This document shows positions 1 through 14,600 of a stretch of DNA of 64,000 bases, piece after piece. The stretch is from NCBI GenBank assembly GCA_000320545.1, contig ADNK01003147.1, positions 1-64,000 of the forward strand, in the 5' to 3' direction. The first letter of the stretch is position 1. Each line of letters begins with the position of its first letter. A model generated the notes under the pieces. It had not been told where the DNA came from and made no database searches. It saw nothing but the letters and a program-made list of their open reading frames with translations. The stretch is from Bigelowiella natans CCMP2755 (Eukaryota > Protista > Cercozoa). Made by a program: the position numbers and the translations under genes.

Positions 1-379
1 CAGGAACGTTTCCTAGTTAGTTAGTTACATGTAGTTAGTTATTCTTTTCGCGCCCTTGACTTCCCAGCTATGTTGTTACACCGAAGTGATTTTCATAGTG
101 GATGTTGTCTTATAACGGACATTGCGAAAGTCAAAACTTGCATGGCAAAACATCGGAAAATTTGTGACTTATAGGACTAGATCTAGATCTAATAAACTTT
201 TTTCTTTTTATTTTTAGGTTTGAGCCTTTTTTTTTTTTTTTTTTTTTAGGTTTAAATGATCTATTTTGAGTTTAACACAGGCAATTTTTATGGAAAATAC
301 TAAAAAAATGTTGTCGCACATAATATTTTTAAGTTCACCTGGTCATCCGCACCAAAGGGCACATGTCATCCAGACTCCG

Positions 380-3300
380 ATGAGGGGGCGCCACTTGTGG
401 CCTCTACTGCTGCTGGAGCTACTTCAGCATGCACAGGCGACAGGTCGGCTCGTCAACTATGCTACAACACTAAAGACAGCATGCTCAAGAACTTGTTCTT
501 TTGATGTTTCGATTTGTCCTTGACAGGAAGTCCTAGTGCATCGCCCGCCTTGTCGTCAGGCACTCATGGTGAGCGCTCCATGTGCTTGCAACCACTTGAG
601 CCATATCCATGCCTTTCGCACCATCCAAACAGCCTTCTGAGATACACCATGCTCCCAAAGTGCTTGACACTTTGTTCCGAAACGCCTTTCCTCTTTGACC
701 TCTACAACAGGTCCGTCATCAAGTCCGACAGACACCCCGACACAAACCCCAAGCTCTACATCACCCCGAACAGGCTTTCCAACCAGTACTTCGAACCCAT
801 CAAAGGCACCGACTGCGGGTACGAGATAACGCGTATTCTTTCCCCGTATTTCTTAGAAAGCAAAGCATTATCAGTAACAAGAGTCTTATCCGCATTCCAC
901 GTTTACAGCGCCTACAACATGCCCGTCTTCAAGTCCTCGGAGTCTAGCGCCATCTTTCACGTTCAACCCGACAGTCGGCCCAAGCTCGCAGTGTCCAATT
1001 ACTCAAGGTATTTGGTCGTTTTGGATATACTCCTGTAGGTTTGAAGGTTTCTATGGTGGGGAGTATATAGATTTGCTGTCTAGTTTTATGATTGAATTAT
1101 TTTAATTGATTAGAACCTTCCCTCACACCGAGCGCATCGCCCCGGACGGGTTGTCCAACGAGCACTTTGAATCCATCAAAGACCCCGACGGAGGGTATGA
1201 GATAGCGCATATTCCTAACTATATTTCTTAGAAATGATAACTGTATATAATTGAAAGAGTCTTACTTGTATTCCACGTTTACAGCACCTTCAGCATGCCC
1301 GTCTTCAAGTCCTCGTAGTTTGGCGCCAACTGTCACAAATAACTCGACACTGAGCCCAAGCTCGCAATGCCCGATAACTCAAGGTACGTGCTCCATATTG
1401 ATATCTTTGCTTTTGGAAATGATTGTTTACTTCTGCTGCAAATATTTTGGAATGCTGCGATCATTCTGCTGTGTAGTTTTATGATTGAATTATTTTCGTC
1501 GATTAGAACCTTCCCTCACACCGAGCGCATCGCCCCGGACGGGTTGTCCAACGAGCACTTTGAATCCATCAAAGACCCCGACGGAGGGTATGAGATAGCG
1601 CATATTCCTAACTATATTTCTTAGAAATGATAACTGTATATAATTGAAAGAGTCTTACTTGTATTCCACGTTTACAGCACCTTCAGCATGCCCGTCATCA
1701 AGTCCTCGTAGTTTGGCGCCAACTGTCACAAATAACCCGACTGAGAATCCAAGCACACACGGCCCGATAACTCAAGGTACGTGCTCCATCTTGATATCTT
1801 TGCTTTTGGAAATGATTGTTTACTTCTGCTGCAAATATTTTGGAATGCTGCGATCATTCTGCTGTGTAGTTTTATGATTGAATTATTTTCGTCGATTAGA
1901 ACCTTCCCTCGCACCGAGCGTATCGCCCCGGACGGTTTGTCCAACGAGCACTTTGAATCCATCAAAGACCCCGACGGAGGGTATGAGATAGCGCATATTC
2001 CTAACTATATTTCTTAGAAATGATAACTGTATATAATTAATAGAGTCTTACTCGTATTCCACGTTTACAGCACCTTCAGCATGCCCGTCTTCAAGTCCTC
2101 GTAGTTTGGCGCCAACTGTCACAAATAACCCGACTGAGAATCCAAGCACACACGGCCCGATAACTCAAGGTACGTGCTCCATCTTGATATCTTTGCTTTT
2201 GGAAATGATTGTTTACTTCTGCTGCAAATATTTTGGAATGCTGCGATCATTCTGCTGTGTAGTTTCACGATTTGATTATTTTCGTCGATTAGAACCTTCC
2301 CTCGCACCGAGCGTATCGCCCCGGACGGTTTGTCCAACGAGCACTTTGAATCCATCAAAGACCCCGACGGAGGGTATGAGATAGCGCATATTCCTAACTA
2401 TATTTCTTAGAAATGATAACTGTATATAATTGAAAGAGTCTTACTCGTATTCCACGTTTACAGCACCTTCAGCATGCCCGTCTTCAAGTCCTCGTAGTTT
2501 GGCGCCAACTGTCACAAATAACCCGACACTGAGCCCAAGCTCGCAATGCCCGATAACTCAAGGTACGTGTTAGTTTTCGAGATCTTTGTAGATGCTTTGA
2601 AGTTTCATTGATAACGCCGTAGCTTATATAATAGGGAGGATGAATCTTTGTTGTCTAGTTTCACGATTTGATTATTTTCGTCGATTAGAACCTTCCCTCG
2701 CACCAAGCGTATCGCCCCGGACGGTTTGTCCAACGAGCACTTTGAATCCATCAAAGTCCCCGACCCAGGGTAAGAGCTGTTTAGCATCTTCCTTCATTTA
2801 GTTTTCAGCGGATGCGTTGAGGCGATATTACCGTTTTTGAGCGCAGTGGCTTGTTTTTATTTGCCCCCTTTCGACTTAAATGTATATGTGTGTGGATTTG
2901 ATTACATAAGTGCTGCCGTGTATGTGGGGTTGGGGATTCGAATGCTGTTTAATATGTTGTTGATTTTTCTTTGAAAGGGCCCACTTTATCGCCAACGAGA
3001 GTGCCAACAATAACATGCAATCCAACCTCAGCGGTATTAATTAGTTTGCTTGATTACCTTATATCGGTTTCAGGGCTACCCCCCCCCCCTTGATTAGAAA
3101 TTTTTCATTTATTGTTTTCTTTTCTTCTTTCTCGAAATTCCTAATCGAGCAGGGTTGCTCTTGATATTTTCTGTAAATGAATGCACATGGTTGGTTTTTC
3201 AAAGGCTCCCTCGTCATCACCGTTTACCTTCGGCCCAACAGAATTCAAGGTCAAAACTTGTGTCACCAGTAGCCAATTAGCATGATATTACACGCCGAAA

Positions 3301-6300
3301 GCTTACCATACGCCACCTCTGATATAGCGACGTTCTTACTAGCTATGTTCTTTTTAACAGCAAGTGCGATTGCGCGGTGACGAGGATTGGGATATTCCGC
3401 CAGTACCCAGCCGAGGGTTATTGGAGGTCTACGACGCAGGTGACTGGAGGGCTATTGATTATTCGGATTTCAGCTCGGAATCGAGCAGCGTTGTTTGTAA
3501 AGAGTTGGACTATGATTCCGGAGTCGCAACGCTATCCGACACGATCCCGCTTGGGGGAGGCATAGAACCTGCTGCGACACAGGTGCGTGAGTGACATTCA
3601 CAACAGCCCTGCTATCATATGTACCCGTTCCACATTAAAGAGAGAGATCGGGTTTCTCCTCTGCGACCACTGCGGAATTCAATCTTTACATAGTCTCCCT
3701 GTTCTTTTCTGAAACGACGTTATCCTCAGGTGGCTTGCTCTGGGGCCGAAGACTATTTTTTAGACTGCAGCGGGAACTTCTTTGAAGGGGTCAATTCTAT
3801 TTCGCTAGCTGTGCAATGTTAGAGTTGTTTGGATTGGGAGCTGTTTAGCTGAATGCAGTGGGTTATATGTAGTAGGCGTATTTCTGTCTCCAATATACAA
3901 CGTTTTACTCCCGTGGTCACTATTTCTAACAATGCTATAGAATTAAGATCAATGAAGAGACCAGGGGAATAAAAAGAATTAAAGTAATCGATCTCATTGC
4001 GATGTTGATTATTCACCCTATATTCCAGGCCTTGTGTAGCAGCATTTGCTCCAACATTATATACATTCATTGCAAACGGCATTGCCGAAATAGCACTGGA
4101 GGAATAGACAACAACATGGTATTCGAGCCTTCCACTGACCGCTGTGAGGCGTACAATGGGACAGCCTATCGGTTATCCGGAACCCCTTTTAAGCAGAAAG
4201 GAAGAATCGAATATCTTTCTAGTGGATTTTGGTATTCTATAGCATATGGGTCTTCTTCTGCTTATTCTACTTCGAATCGAGCCCGATTTGTAAATGGAGT
4301 ATGCAGAATACTCGGTTATGATAACGGGGAGGCCTCTACCAGTGAAGGGTAGTCATCGTGCACACCACAATGCTAGGAATAGAAAGCTCTTTGTTGATAA
4401 CACTCGAGTATTTTTGAGTAAGACAATCGAGTAAATACTTATTTAATGATATTCAGTAATGATGCATACATACGCGCACATGCACACATGGATAAAACCC
4501 ACTAAAGCTGATGAATGCCGTTTGGCAATTCAACGGTGTTGATGGCGATGCCAAATTCCATTCAATAGATTTGGACTTGCGCCACCGGCGTCATTCGTAA
4601 TCTCATCGAACGAAAACCCTATATTGTCATCAAAACCTCAAAGCTCAAAGCCTGAGAAAATACTTGGAGCCACTTGCTTCAAGGTGCTGAGAATATATAT
4701 TTCCAGAATCAAATCGTTTTCTCACAGAACCAGCGACTTTACTCATACACGTGTGCATACGCGAAGACGCATTAGTACACCAAAAAACCTGGCAATTCAT
4801 GAATTCTCACTGATTTTGAACGAATGTTGTTTTCCCTGGCCTTCATATTCTGACTATGTACTCGTAGGCCTGCAACTTCACCTTAGAGTACTTCGATCTC
4901 GCACTAGATGCGTGTTTAAACATAACAGTCTTCAATTGTCCGGCCGGGCAGTACCTAACCCCTGCGACGCTCATTAGCAATGGGAACTGTTCCGCTTGTG
5001 CCCCTGGAATGTGAGATTTAACCTTTATCACTTAGATCAATCATCGTGCCAATCTGAAAAGAGCAATAGATGATGCGAATTAGCAGTGCTGCTAGGAAGT
5101 GCTAGTTCTCTCGTTTTATTTTCACGTTTGCCCTGATTGGCACGGTCTCTTGCGGTTTGCCATATATCTCCCGAAGGTACACTAACGGGACAAATCACAC
5201 GTACACGAGCTGCTCGGTTTGCACTTGTCCTGGAGTAACCTTTATGGTATCTTAGAGAATTTCCGAAGACACTGTATACGCATATATTCGTGGGGGAGGC
5301 CGAGCGAGAGTTGATTTTTAAAACTTTGGCGAGCTAGTCGCACGTTCTGAAATGGAAGAGCGTGTCAAAATAGCGTTAGTTCCACGGTCGTTAATGGAAG
5401 AGGTACTGTTATTGTAATGATTGAGAGCTGACAATATTTTACCACGATCGATTAGAGACAGCAGTGTGATGGCAAAGGGAACAATGCCATATGTGCGAGC
5501 TGCAATCTTGACCCAGACTGCGGAGAGGCCGTGCCTTACAGGATTGATGGAAAATATAATAGTTCTGGGTAGTATTTATGGCGTGGAGAGATTGTTATTG
5601 CCTCTGCGCGTATTGAGCAAAAGCCTTGGTAGGCTAAAGCCTTCGCGTTTCTTGCCCTTGATGAGATTCTTCCAATGCTGCTCGGCGTATTGCATTTCGA
5701 GTTTTGCTCGTGGGATAAGCTTAGTTACGTGCCATTTACAGGAGCGTCCAGATGTTCGCTGGGGCCTCTTGGAAGATAATGTCAAGCCAATACTCGAGCT
5801 TGAGCTCTTCTCTCTCTATACCACCCAAATTGAGCAAGTTTGGCGCGCTTCTCTGTGCTGCATATGGCTACAACAGCTCTATCTTACGAACTGGAAAGGC
5901 AAGAGATCGTAATACAATATCGGCTGTTTGGTGCAGTGAGAATGTAGTGGCGCTAGAGGATTGCACGGCAAGAAGGTAAGCCTGATCATTCGTCGTTGAT
6001 TTATCCCTCATTGTTTCGATGACTTCGTATTCGATTCTCCACTCCAACCCTATATCCAGGGAACATAATATCACCGGCAAGTCCCTTTACGTCCAGTGCC
6101 TTCGCGCTTGCAATTTTGCCACCGAATACTTCAGCGCTGCTAGTGACTCGTGCATGCCTCGGTTGATTCACTCTTGCCCAAGGGGCTTCTACTATATGAA
6201 TGGCACGCAGACAAGGGTCATTAACTGTTAAATTAAGCGTGTGATTTCCTGAACTTTAATCTCCACTCGCTTGTTTTTCCAACCCCCATACCCCCCCCCC

Positions 6301-9014
6301 CCCCACTCCTATCTTTGAAGCCTTCTCTAAGATAGTGGTTGCTGCTATTTCTCATTATAGGATGCACGATGCAGAGAATGCAGCAGCGGGACGTACATTA
6401 GCAATAACACGCATACGCTGCAAGAGTGCGAAGTATGCTCGCGGTGTCCGGAAGGTAATTGCTAGCTGGGTGGTTAAGAGTTTTGCGTCGACGAGGCATG
6501 CATCATCTTCGATTCTAACCATTTATGTCGCTTCCTCCTTCTATTTCTTTACTTTCCTCCGCTAATTTTTTATCATTGCTATTTTTTGAGTCGTCGACCT
6601 GAAAAACCTTCTCCTTCCAGCATTCACTGTCAATGAAGAGAGCAGATATGTATTGGCCTAGCGCGGTTACAACTACAACCGAAACTTAAGCATTCTTGTG
6701 CTAACAGGTGCTGTTTTGGAGAAGGCGTGTAATTCGACTCACGACAATCCGGTATGCGACGAGATGTGATAGATGCATGGAGCGACCAACCGTAAAATCG
6801 GATAAATTGTATCTGTATTCCAAGCGCAACGGCTCTGTATTCCAAGTCTGACATTTGTATATTTCCAATGTAGCGATTGGGAGAACATTTGCACGCCGTT
6901 TTGTTGAAGAGCTAATGTTCCGTTTTCGATAGGATTGCCGCTCTTGCCCCACTCTGTCAAATTGCGGGAAACAAACCGGAGTGAGGTTGGCAAATAACGA
7001 TACAAGCCTAGGATACCCCGAGGTAATTCGCAATCCATTGTATGGATCAACCTGCATTAAGGCATATCTAGCAGCAATCAGACGTATGCCTACCCACCGT
7101 CACGTTTTTGTGAGGTCGGTCAGTTGTCAGATGAAACCATTCATTTTAATAGGTGTACTTCGATGGAGAATGGCGCCCAATTGGCCTTCCAGACATGCCG
7201 CAGCAAGTTCTGTTTACCTATAAGACGCTCGAAGCGTCTCGAGTATGCAAAGACCTCGGTTTCGCAGCGGGCATTTGGTACAGCCTAAAGCTTGACGCAC
7301 TCACATACCAAACGAGGAAGTTTCCAGCGACTTCCGTGAATTGCTTGAGCACTTCCAGCAGCTACCTCGCGTGCAATGGAACCTGGAAGCTGCATAACAG
7401 CACTGGCCACCGCCTTGGGCAAGTACGGTGCTTCAAGAACTGCTCCTTCACTCATGAGATATATGATAACACGATCGATGCCTGCTTGCCGGCCAACAAT
7501 CTCACCTGTGGTCCTGGCAGTTACTTGGTCCCCAAAACCTATTTTGACCACGGGAAGTGCCTTACATGCAAGAAAGGCTTTTACATGCCGCATGCGGGCC
7601 ACAACTTCACCTCTTGTACTCGCTGCACGCGATGCCCCGGCGAGCTTATATTTGGCGGCTATTGCAATGCCACCCACGACAATAACCACTGCATCTCAAA
7701 GTCGCCGACATCAAGCTGCCCAACAACTTCGTCGCCGACCACGCGATCGCCCTCCACTGTAGCCCCTACACGGTCTCCAAGCACCAGATCTCCTTCTTCT
7801 CGTGCTCCCACAACGGCCTCGCCCTCGACGCTATCACCATCGTCTTGCTCACCAACCAGTACCTCTCCGACAACGATGAGTCCTTCAACGCTTGGCCCGG
7901 TTTCGGTATCACCTACAACTTACCAACCGACGACAGGCTCTCCAAGTACTATGGCCCCCACCACAGGTAATAGGCGACGCGAAGAGAAGGACAAAGTTGC
8001 AATTAAAATTGCGGTAAAGCTGGCCGATAATGATCTCACCTTATATTTTAATACAGGCGCGCCCAGTACGACCAGCCCAAGTACACTTTCGCCGTCATCT
8101 CTTTCCCCAACACAAAGTCCAACAAGTCTCTCGCCATCAACGAGCAACCCAACGATGCAAACTCCGACGCTCATTGACATTAGGCTCACAGATGAGGTGA
8201 AGAGGAGATTAGTTGCCTCGCTTTTCTTCGTTGATGAGGCGATAGAGCACTGATAAGATGTGTGTTTGTGGTGCGAACGATCTTTAGGCTACTGCTATTA
8301 CCTTTGTCTTCCACGAGTCCACAAACATGCCGAAAGCACCATCTCGCGACCCTGCTGCAACCTGCGAGCTGCTGCTCGATTCGTCGAGTCTCCTCCTCCT
8401 TGGAATAGCGCCGCATTGCTACTGGCAAACTGCATCAACGGTGATACTGCACTTGGGAAGAGAATTCTCTGCAAACCTGTACGACACGGTGAGGCATCTA
8501 TTGCAATCCCATCCACCGGCGCAATCGATGAGAATTATGATCAGACTCGCCTGACTCCCTTGCATTATGTAACGGCTTTGATTTCTATGTACGACTTTGG
8601 TTGCATGGGCATCGAATGGCTGCTGATTTCCCCACACCTTCTCGCGTGCTGTTGGCACCGAGAACGACTAAAGTTTACTTTTTTGGTAGATCGGCATTGC
8701 AGGAGGACGCGTTAAGCGCGACACTGAGGTGCAGGAGCTCTATTCCCCAGCGCATTCTCGCCCCCTCATGCCCCCGTACAACCCAATACCCGTACAGATG
8801 CAAATCACTGGCCCCTCAGAGGTAATGCACCACCACCTTGAGCTGTCGAATGAACCGCCTATAAATACGCCTTAACCGCGCGGTTTCGATAGCGGATTTC
8901 AGCGATGATCCGACGTTTTCTTGTGATATGTGTATTTTATGTGTGGATATACGTCAACCCAATATACAATAAATACAAGTGCTTACATATATTTATATTT
9001 ATATCATACATACA

Positions 9015-9047
<33 letters not shown>

Positions 9048-10085
9048 TATACCCATGTAACACTATAAAAAGAAAATGCCGCTACATTATCCTAAAATAG
9101 AATGATAAGGTAAGTTAAGTCAACCCAACGCATCAATCACCTACTTTTAGGTCGGCGTATGCGATTCAGGCGTCACGCTCACAGCTTTAGCTACAGGAGC
9201 GGCAGGGCGCTCGTTTTTGTTTCGATGGGAACTCAAGGCTGTTCGACTTTCCAACAATGCCAGTTCATATGGAACTGCGGCTATAACCGACGTCAGAGAC
9301 GTGTTGGCCGCTACCGCAGTTTCGCGCTCGAATAGCACGGTTTTCGTGCCCACGCTTGCCCTGCCTATAGGAGCAACCTTTGTCATTTCTGCACGAGTCG
9401 AAAACTGGCTGGGCTCGGCGTCTACCTCGGATTTTGAGCTGAGAAAGACGAACAAATTGGCTTTGGTTGTTCGTGTCCCCTCGGGGCCTTCTGTCCCCGC
9501 TCGGAGGAGCCAGCCATTGCGAATTCCCGTACAAGTCAGGGCGCCACAGTGCAGCGCGCTGAATCAAGATGGCCTCGCTAACACCCTGCTAAAGACGCGG
9601 AGCCTTTGGACGCTACTGGACAAGTCAAGCAGTGCGTTGAGCGTGCAGATCCCGAATCCAGCTACATTTTACCTTGAGATTCCTCCGTATACACTTGAGA
9701 TGGAGAAATGGTAGCATGATTTTCAAACATACAAAACGTTTGCTTGTTCTCTTACGGCGCTGTTCTGTTGTTCTTCACACATTTCATTTCTGAACGTGCA
9801 CAGAGTGTGTTAAGAGTATGCGGGTCTGTTGGTGCAGGTACCTCTTCCAGCTGTACTCTCACACGGTGGACGTGCACGGACAGTTGATCGGAAATGTGAC
9901 TTTATCGTTCAATGTTTCAGTGGCGCTAGAGCCGGTGATTGCTCGGATTTATGGCGGGGATTTTCGTAAAGTATCGATAAACACGGATGGTAGTAGCCCT
10001 GGCGTTGTTGAGTTTGATGCATCAGCTTCTTATGATCAAGAGAATCCTTCCGCGCCTTTGAATTTCTCGTGGAGTGTGTGGCAAG

Positions 10086-10121
<36 letters not shown>

Positions 10122-10773
10122 GTGTGTGTGTATATATATAATATAGATATTTATAATACAAATGCGCGAAAGCGAATACGAACTTGTTGTGTAGAAGATA
10201 TGATTCATCGTTGATGAAGGGGGCACAGAGAAACTGAAGAACATGGTTTTTAATCCTCTTCACTCCATTAAGAATATACTTCCAGTTTATGGATTCCGTA
10301 GCGAAGATTTGCCATCACACCATATGCTGCAGAATGCTTTCCTCCAAATTTTCCAACGGCATTATTTTGAGTCGTTTTTCCTACCATTGATAGAGGCGGT
10401 TGGTAATGGCGGAGCTACGGTTGCAATCCCCATTCCCACGACATCCCAATCGGCGCTCCAAGTTCCTTTTTCGAGCTTGGTTTCGGGTAGAGAGTACGTG
10501 GTCAAAGCTGTCGTGAGCTCAAAGTCACGACATGCAACTGCGCTACAACGTGTACGCGTCAGCAATGAAGGGATTCCTGAGGTATTCATCTCCGGCTTGT
10601 CAACCAGCAGCACTTCGTTTGGAGCGCAAGAGGAGCTCAGAGTCGCCACGGAAGTTAAAGCGCTGTCAGGTAGATATATGGCCAGGAGGATTGTACTACA
10701 AGAGTTTCATACTCCAAAAACTAATGGCCGAAACGCACATATAGGCATACGAACAACCGATTGCGTATTGAAG

Positions 10774-10814
<41 letters not shown>

Positions 10815-11648
10815 TATATTATTGTATATGTACATTACGAGATCAGCTAGTATTCAATCAAAGAGAGTCGAAGCTTTAATACTCTTACGCTCTAGATAGA
10901 GCCAAGCTTTCACCAAAACTGAATCAATTGACTCTGGGGTGGGTGAAATCTTGCGGCGATTTTCTTGTCTACAATCCCCTGATATTGCCTTCGGATTTGC
11001 TATTTTGTGTACATGTCACTTAGCTTCCCGCCGTTTGCGCTATCAGTGGAGTTGTACTTCGGGGAACTTCGATTTAGCGGACGAGTCTTTAGTTCTCACT
11101 GACACTTCCAACCCTTCACTGGCATTGAAACCGTTCGCTTTGGCCCCTGGCGTCGCGTACACATTTGCGGTCTCCGTGTTTGAAGAGGGGCGGGGGTCTG
11201 ATTCGGTCTTCGGAGAGGCAAGAATAAGCGTGTCGGTTAGATCCCCACCGTCTCTTGGAAGCTGCTTTGCCAGGCCAGAGAGCGGTGTCGGTATGGAGAC
11301 GATGTTTTCTCTAGGGTGCAAGGTAGAGTCAATTCACGTTTGCCCTCCCGCGAAGTATCCACATTTTCCATGCTGCCGCGTCGTTTCAGAGTGTTTCGAT
11401 CTGTCACAAGTGCAACTTTTGCCTATGCAATTCATCATACCTGTAGTTGTGGAGCGGGGCTGGAGAGCCTTTTCGCTATCGTTTCCAAGCGCACGTATCC
11501 GGAGCATTCACGGACCTGTGCGAGTTACGCTATATGAACGAATATGAGACGCAGCTTCCTGGCAGCAACGATCGAACGCGCCTACGAGGCGTCATTATCG
11601 ATGCATTTGGAGTTCGCGCTTACGGTACTGAATATGCAGATATGCATA

Positions 11649-11694
<46 letters not shown>

Positions 11695-14600
11695 AAATTT
11701 TATGGCGGGCTGACTCCTCATTGACTCCCTTTGTTCTGTATCCTCGTCGGCTCATGCCTAATGGGCATTCTAGGTGATTTCCATGCCACGGTAGCTCCGG
11801 CGCAAAACTTCAACGCAGATGAAGGCCTTCGTGCTCTTGGGGAGCGAGGGAGAGAGGGCGACTTCCAGGTCTTTATGCGTGCATATCAATGCTGCCGATG
11901 ATAGTGAAAGCGCCGTTTTCGGTGTTGAAGTTATTTTTCCCTTACCCTGCATCTCCCAACCGAGGCATAGACTCTTGGGACTAGGATCTGACTCTATTTC
12001 TTACCACCGGTTTGTGATAGGCATATGCTGCGACCTTTGCGTCGATTAGTACCCAGCTACGTGCAGACACCATTCCACTGCGGGTTGCTAAAGAAGTGCG
12101 TAACTCACTGCTGCAGTCTCTAAATCAGACGATATCTTCCCTGTTTCCTGAGTCCTCCGCCTCCCTTCTCCGGCTTGTGAGCACGTACACAGTCGCAGAG
12201 GAGCTATCGTCCTCAAATAAACAGTCTCTCCTGCAAATGGGCAAGGGCCTTCTTCTCGGGGGAAACGACACGGCTTATAGCAGCGAAGATCCCGTGGATC
12301 TTGAAGCGGTCACAAATATACTGGCAAGTGTAGGCAATGTCGTCGCTGCCTCGGTACAGCCTGGATACCGGTTATCCACGAATAGCTCGAATGATGCGGA
12401 GGAAGTTATCTCTCTAATCGCTCGAAATCTGGTCCGGGAATCGGTGGCGGGAGAACGTCAGAAATCACTTAAGACGTCTAGTGGGGGCGTCGGGATAGAA
12501 GTCTATGGAGTCGTGTTTGACGGTACAATCCATGCGGCGCAAGCAGTAGAGGAAGATCCGCCACGTCAAGATACATAGCCGCATGTTTCCTTTTAGTTCA
12601 TAAATTTGAGGGGCAGCACCTCGGAACTACAAGTCTTATTTTATGTGTTTTTTTTCATAGTGTCGGTTTCGGTATTATTGGTGACTCTAAAGACTTCTTG
12701 ATTGTGTATTTATCACAGCCGGCAAAGGCGCTCCTTCCCTGCATTTTGGTTCGCTGAACTTCAGTGCATCCTTCCCTTCTCTGGGCGGCTTTTTATCGCC
12801 TCATTCTCCCGCTTCGATCATTGCCTCGACGGTCACGAACGACACGCTCCACTCTCGGAACCGAGGCCAGAGAAAACAAGCGTTGTATCACCAGGATATA
12901 GAGCGCGGCTCTGGCCAAGGAGACGAGGCCGAAATGCAGGAGATATACGACGATAGCAAATGGGTAACGTCGCAGTGAGACATATCTTTGTAGGGAGTTT
13001 TGTTGGGCAAGATTAGTTCTTAAGTCATCTCGCGGAGAGCCAAGTCTGCTCACATTCCGCGCCGTATTTCATCGTTCCCATGCATCTTCCTCAGGTCTCA
13101 GGCGGCTTGACGACGGTGCAGATTTTCGATGAGAATAGAGAAGAAGTTGCGATTTCCGGCCTTCGAGGAGAAGATCGGATCAACATCACGATCCCTGCGG
13201 GGCGAAACGCGACCTCGCCGCTCGGCTATCGTAGCGCAAAGTGTTTGTTCTGGCAGCCAGAGACGAGCACTTGGTCTAGTCGAGGTGTGCGGAGCGTGGA
13301 TGTGAATGGCGAGGGCCGGGTCACTTGCTCTGCGTCGCATCTAACGGCATTCAGCTCGGAAATGGAGTTTGAGTTTGAAATCAACACGATCTCTGCGGAA
13401 TCGTTGAGCTTAGCTGCTTTCAGTCCTGCAAGCAACCCGGTGATGCTCCTGGTCTTTCTGATGATCTCCATCTTTCTCGTCTCCTACTCCGTTGCCTTCT
13501 ACCGCGACTACCAAAGGTGATGGGTATCCTGACCAGCTTGCCTTCTCCGAGCGCTAAGTTTGTGTTTGGGTCAATTGCGTAGGTTCGTGGCGGCGAACCG
13601 CTCTGCCGACTTGTCGGAATTCTGGAAAACGATGAACCTAATGCGCTTTTATCGAAGTCGGTCGCGCACAATGGAGCGTTTCGTGGCGTCCAGTAAGTGG
13701 GCTTTGCGGAGGAAGCACACATGGTACAGATTGCTCGCGTGTCCACCCGAGCTCTAACCCGTAGTTCTTCTTCTGTGTGAAGAAATAAAACAGAGCGGAA
13801 AATCACCATAAGGCATGTTGTTCTTTATCACACCAGCCGCGCGTGGTGCTAATGATAATCCACCTACCACCCGAGAGCAATTGAATTGCGTTTTTCCTTT
13901 CTCAATATTTAGGTTTTCGATAATTTATCACCCAAGCGGGGACTTTATGACCTCCGGGAAGCGGCTAATCTTGCTGCTAGTGCTGTTGTTCAACTCTTCG
14001 GTCGTGTGCGCTTTATTCGTCGGAACCGAGCAGCGCCTCCCTTTCCTAACGCCAACGCTTGCCTCTGCGCTAGTTGGCTTCGTATTTTCCTACCCAGTTC
14101 CCTTCGTAATGGGTTCGTTGTTTTACACGCCGATGCCGAGGAGTTTCCTTGTAAAGATCGATCGTGGAAGTGGCGACTCCTTCATGTCCTACTTCCTGCT
14201 CTTCTTCAGTCTGTGTAGCGGCGAGATCGGAAATGATATTGAGATTGAGGAGGGTGACGATGATGATGCCGCGCCAGACGCGGAGGAAGGCGATGTAATG
14301 TTCAAAATGCTCTGGTGTTAGTAATTCGTAGTTGCATTTCAAGTGCAGGAGGCGCATACGTTCCAAGTCCTTATTGCTCGCATCGTTAGCCCTGAAATTT
14401 TATCACAGATTTGCCTTGAAATGATATATTCTCGTTCTCTCTCGTTTTGTCTTTCTCATTTCTGTGCCATAGATGGAGGCCGACGACTTAGACGAGGGTA
14501 ACAACGAAGAAGCACTAGGTAACACAAGCCAGCCCCTTGCGCAAAACTTGATCCTTTCAACCCGAACGTTGTACGCCCCGTTACCTCAATTCATTGTTCT

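Noticed and set aside
340-710. Mild TpA paucity at the 5' end of the first gene
   Set aside because: Several TA remain and there is no paralog in the window to polarise changes; could be chance.
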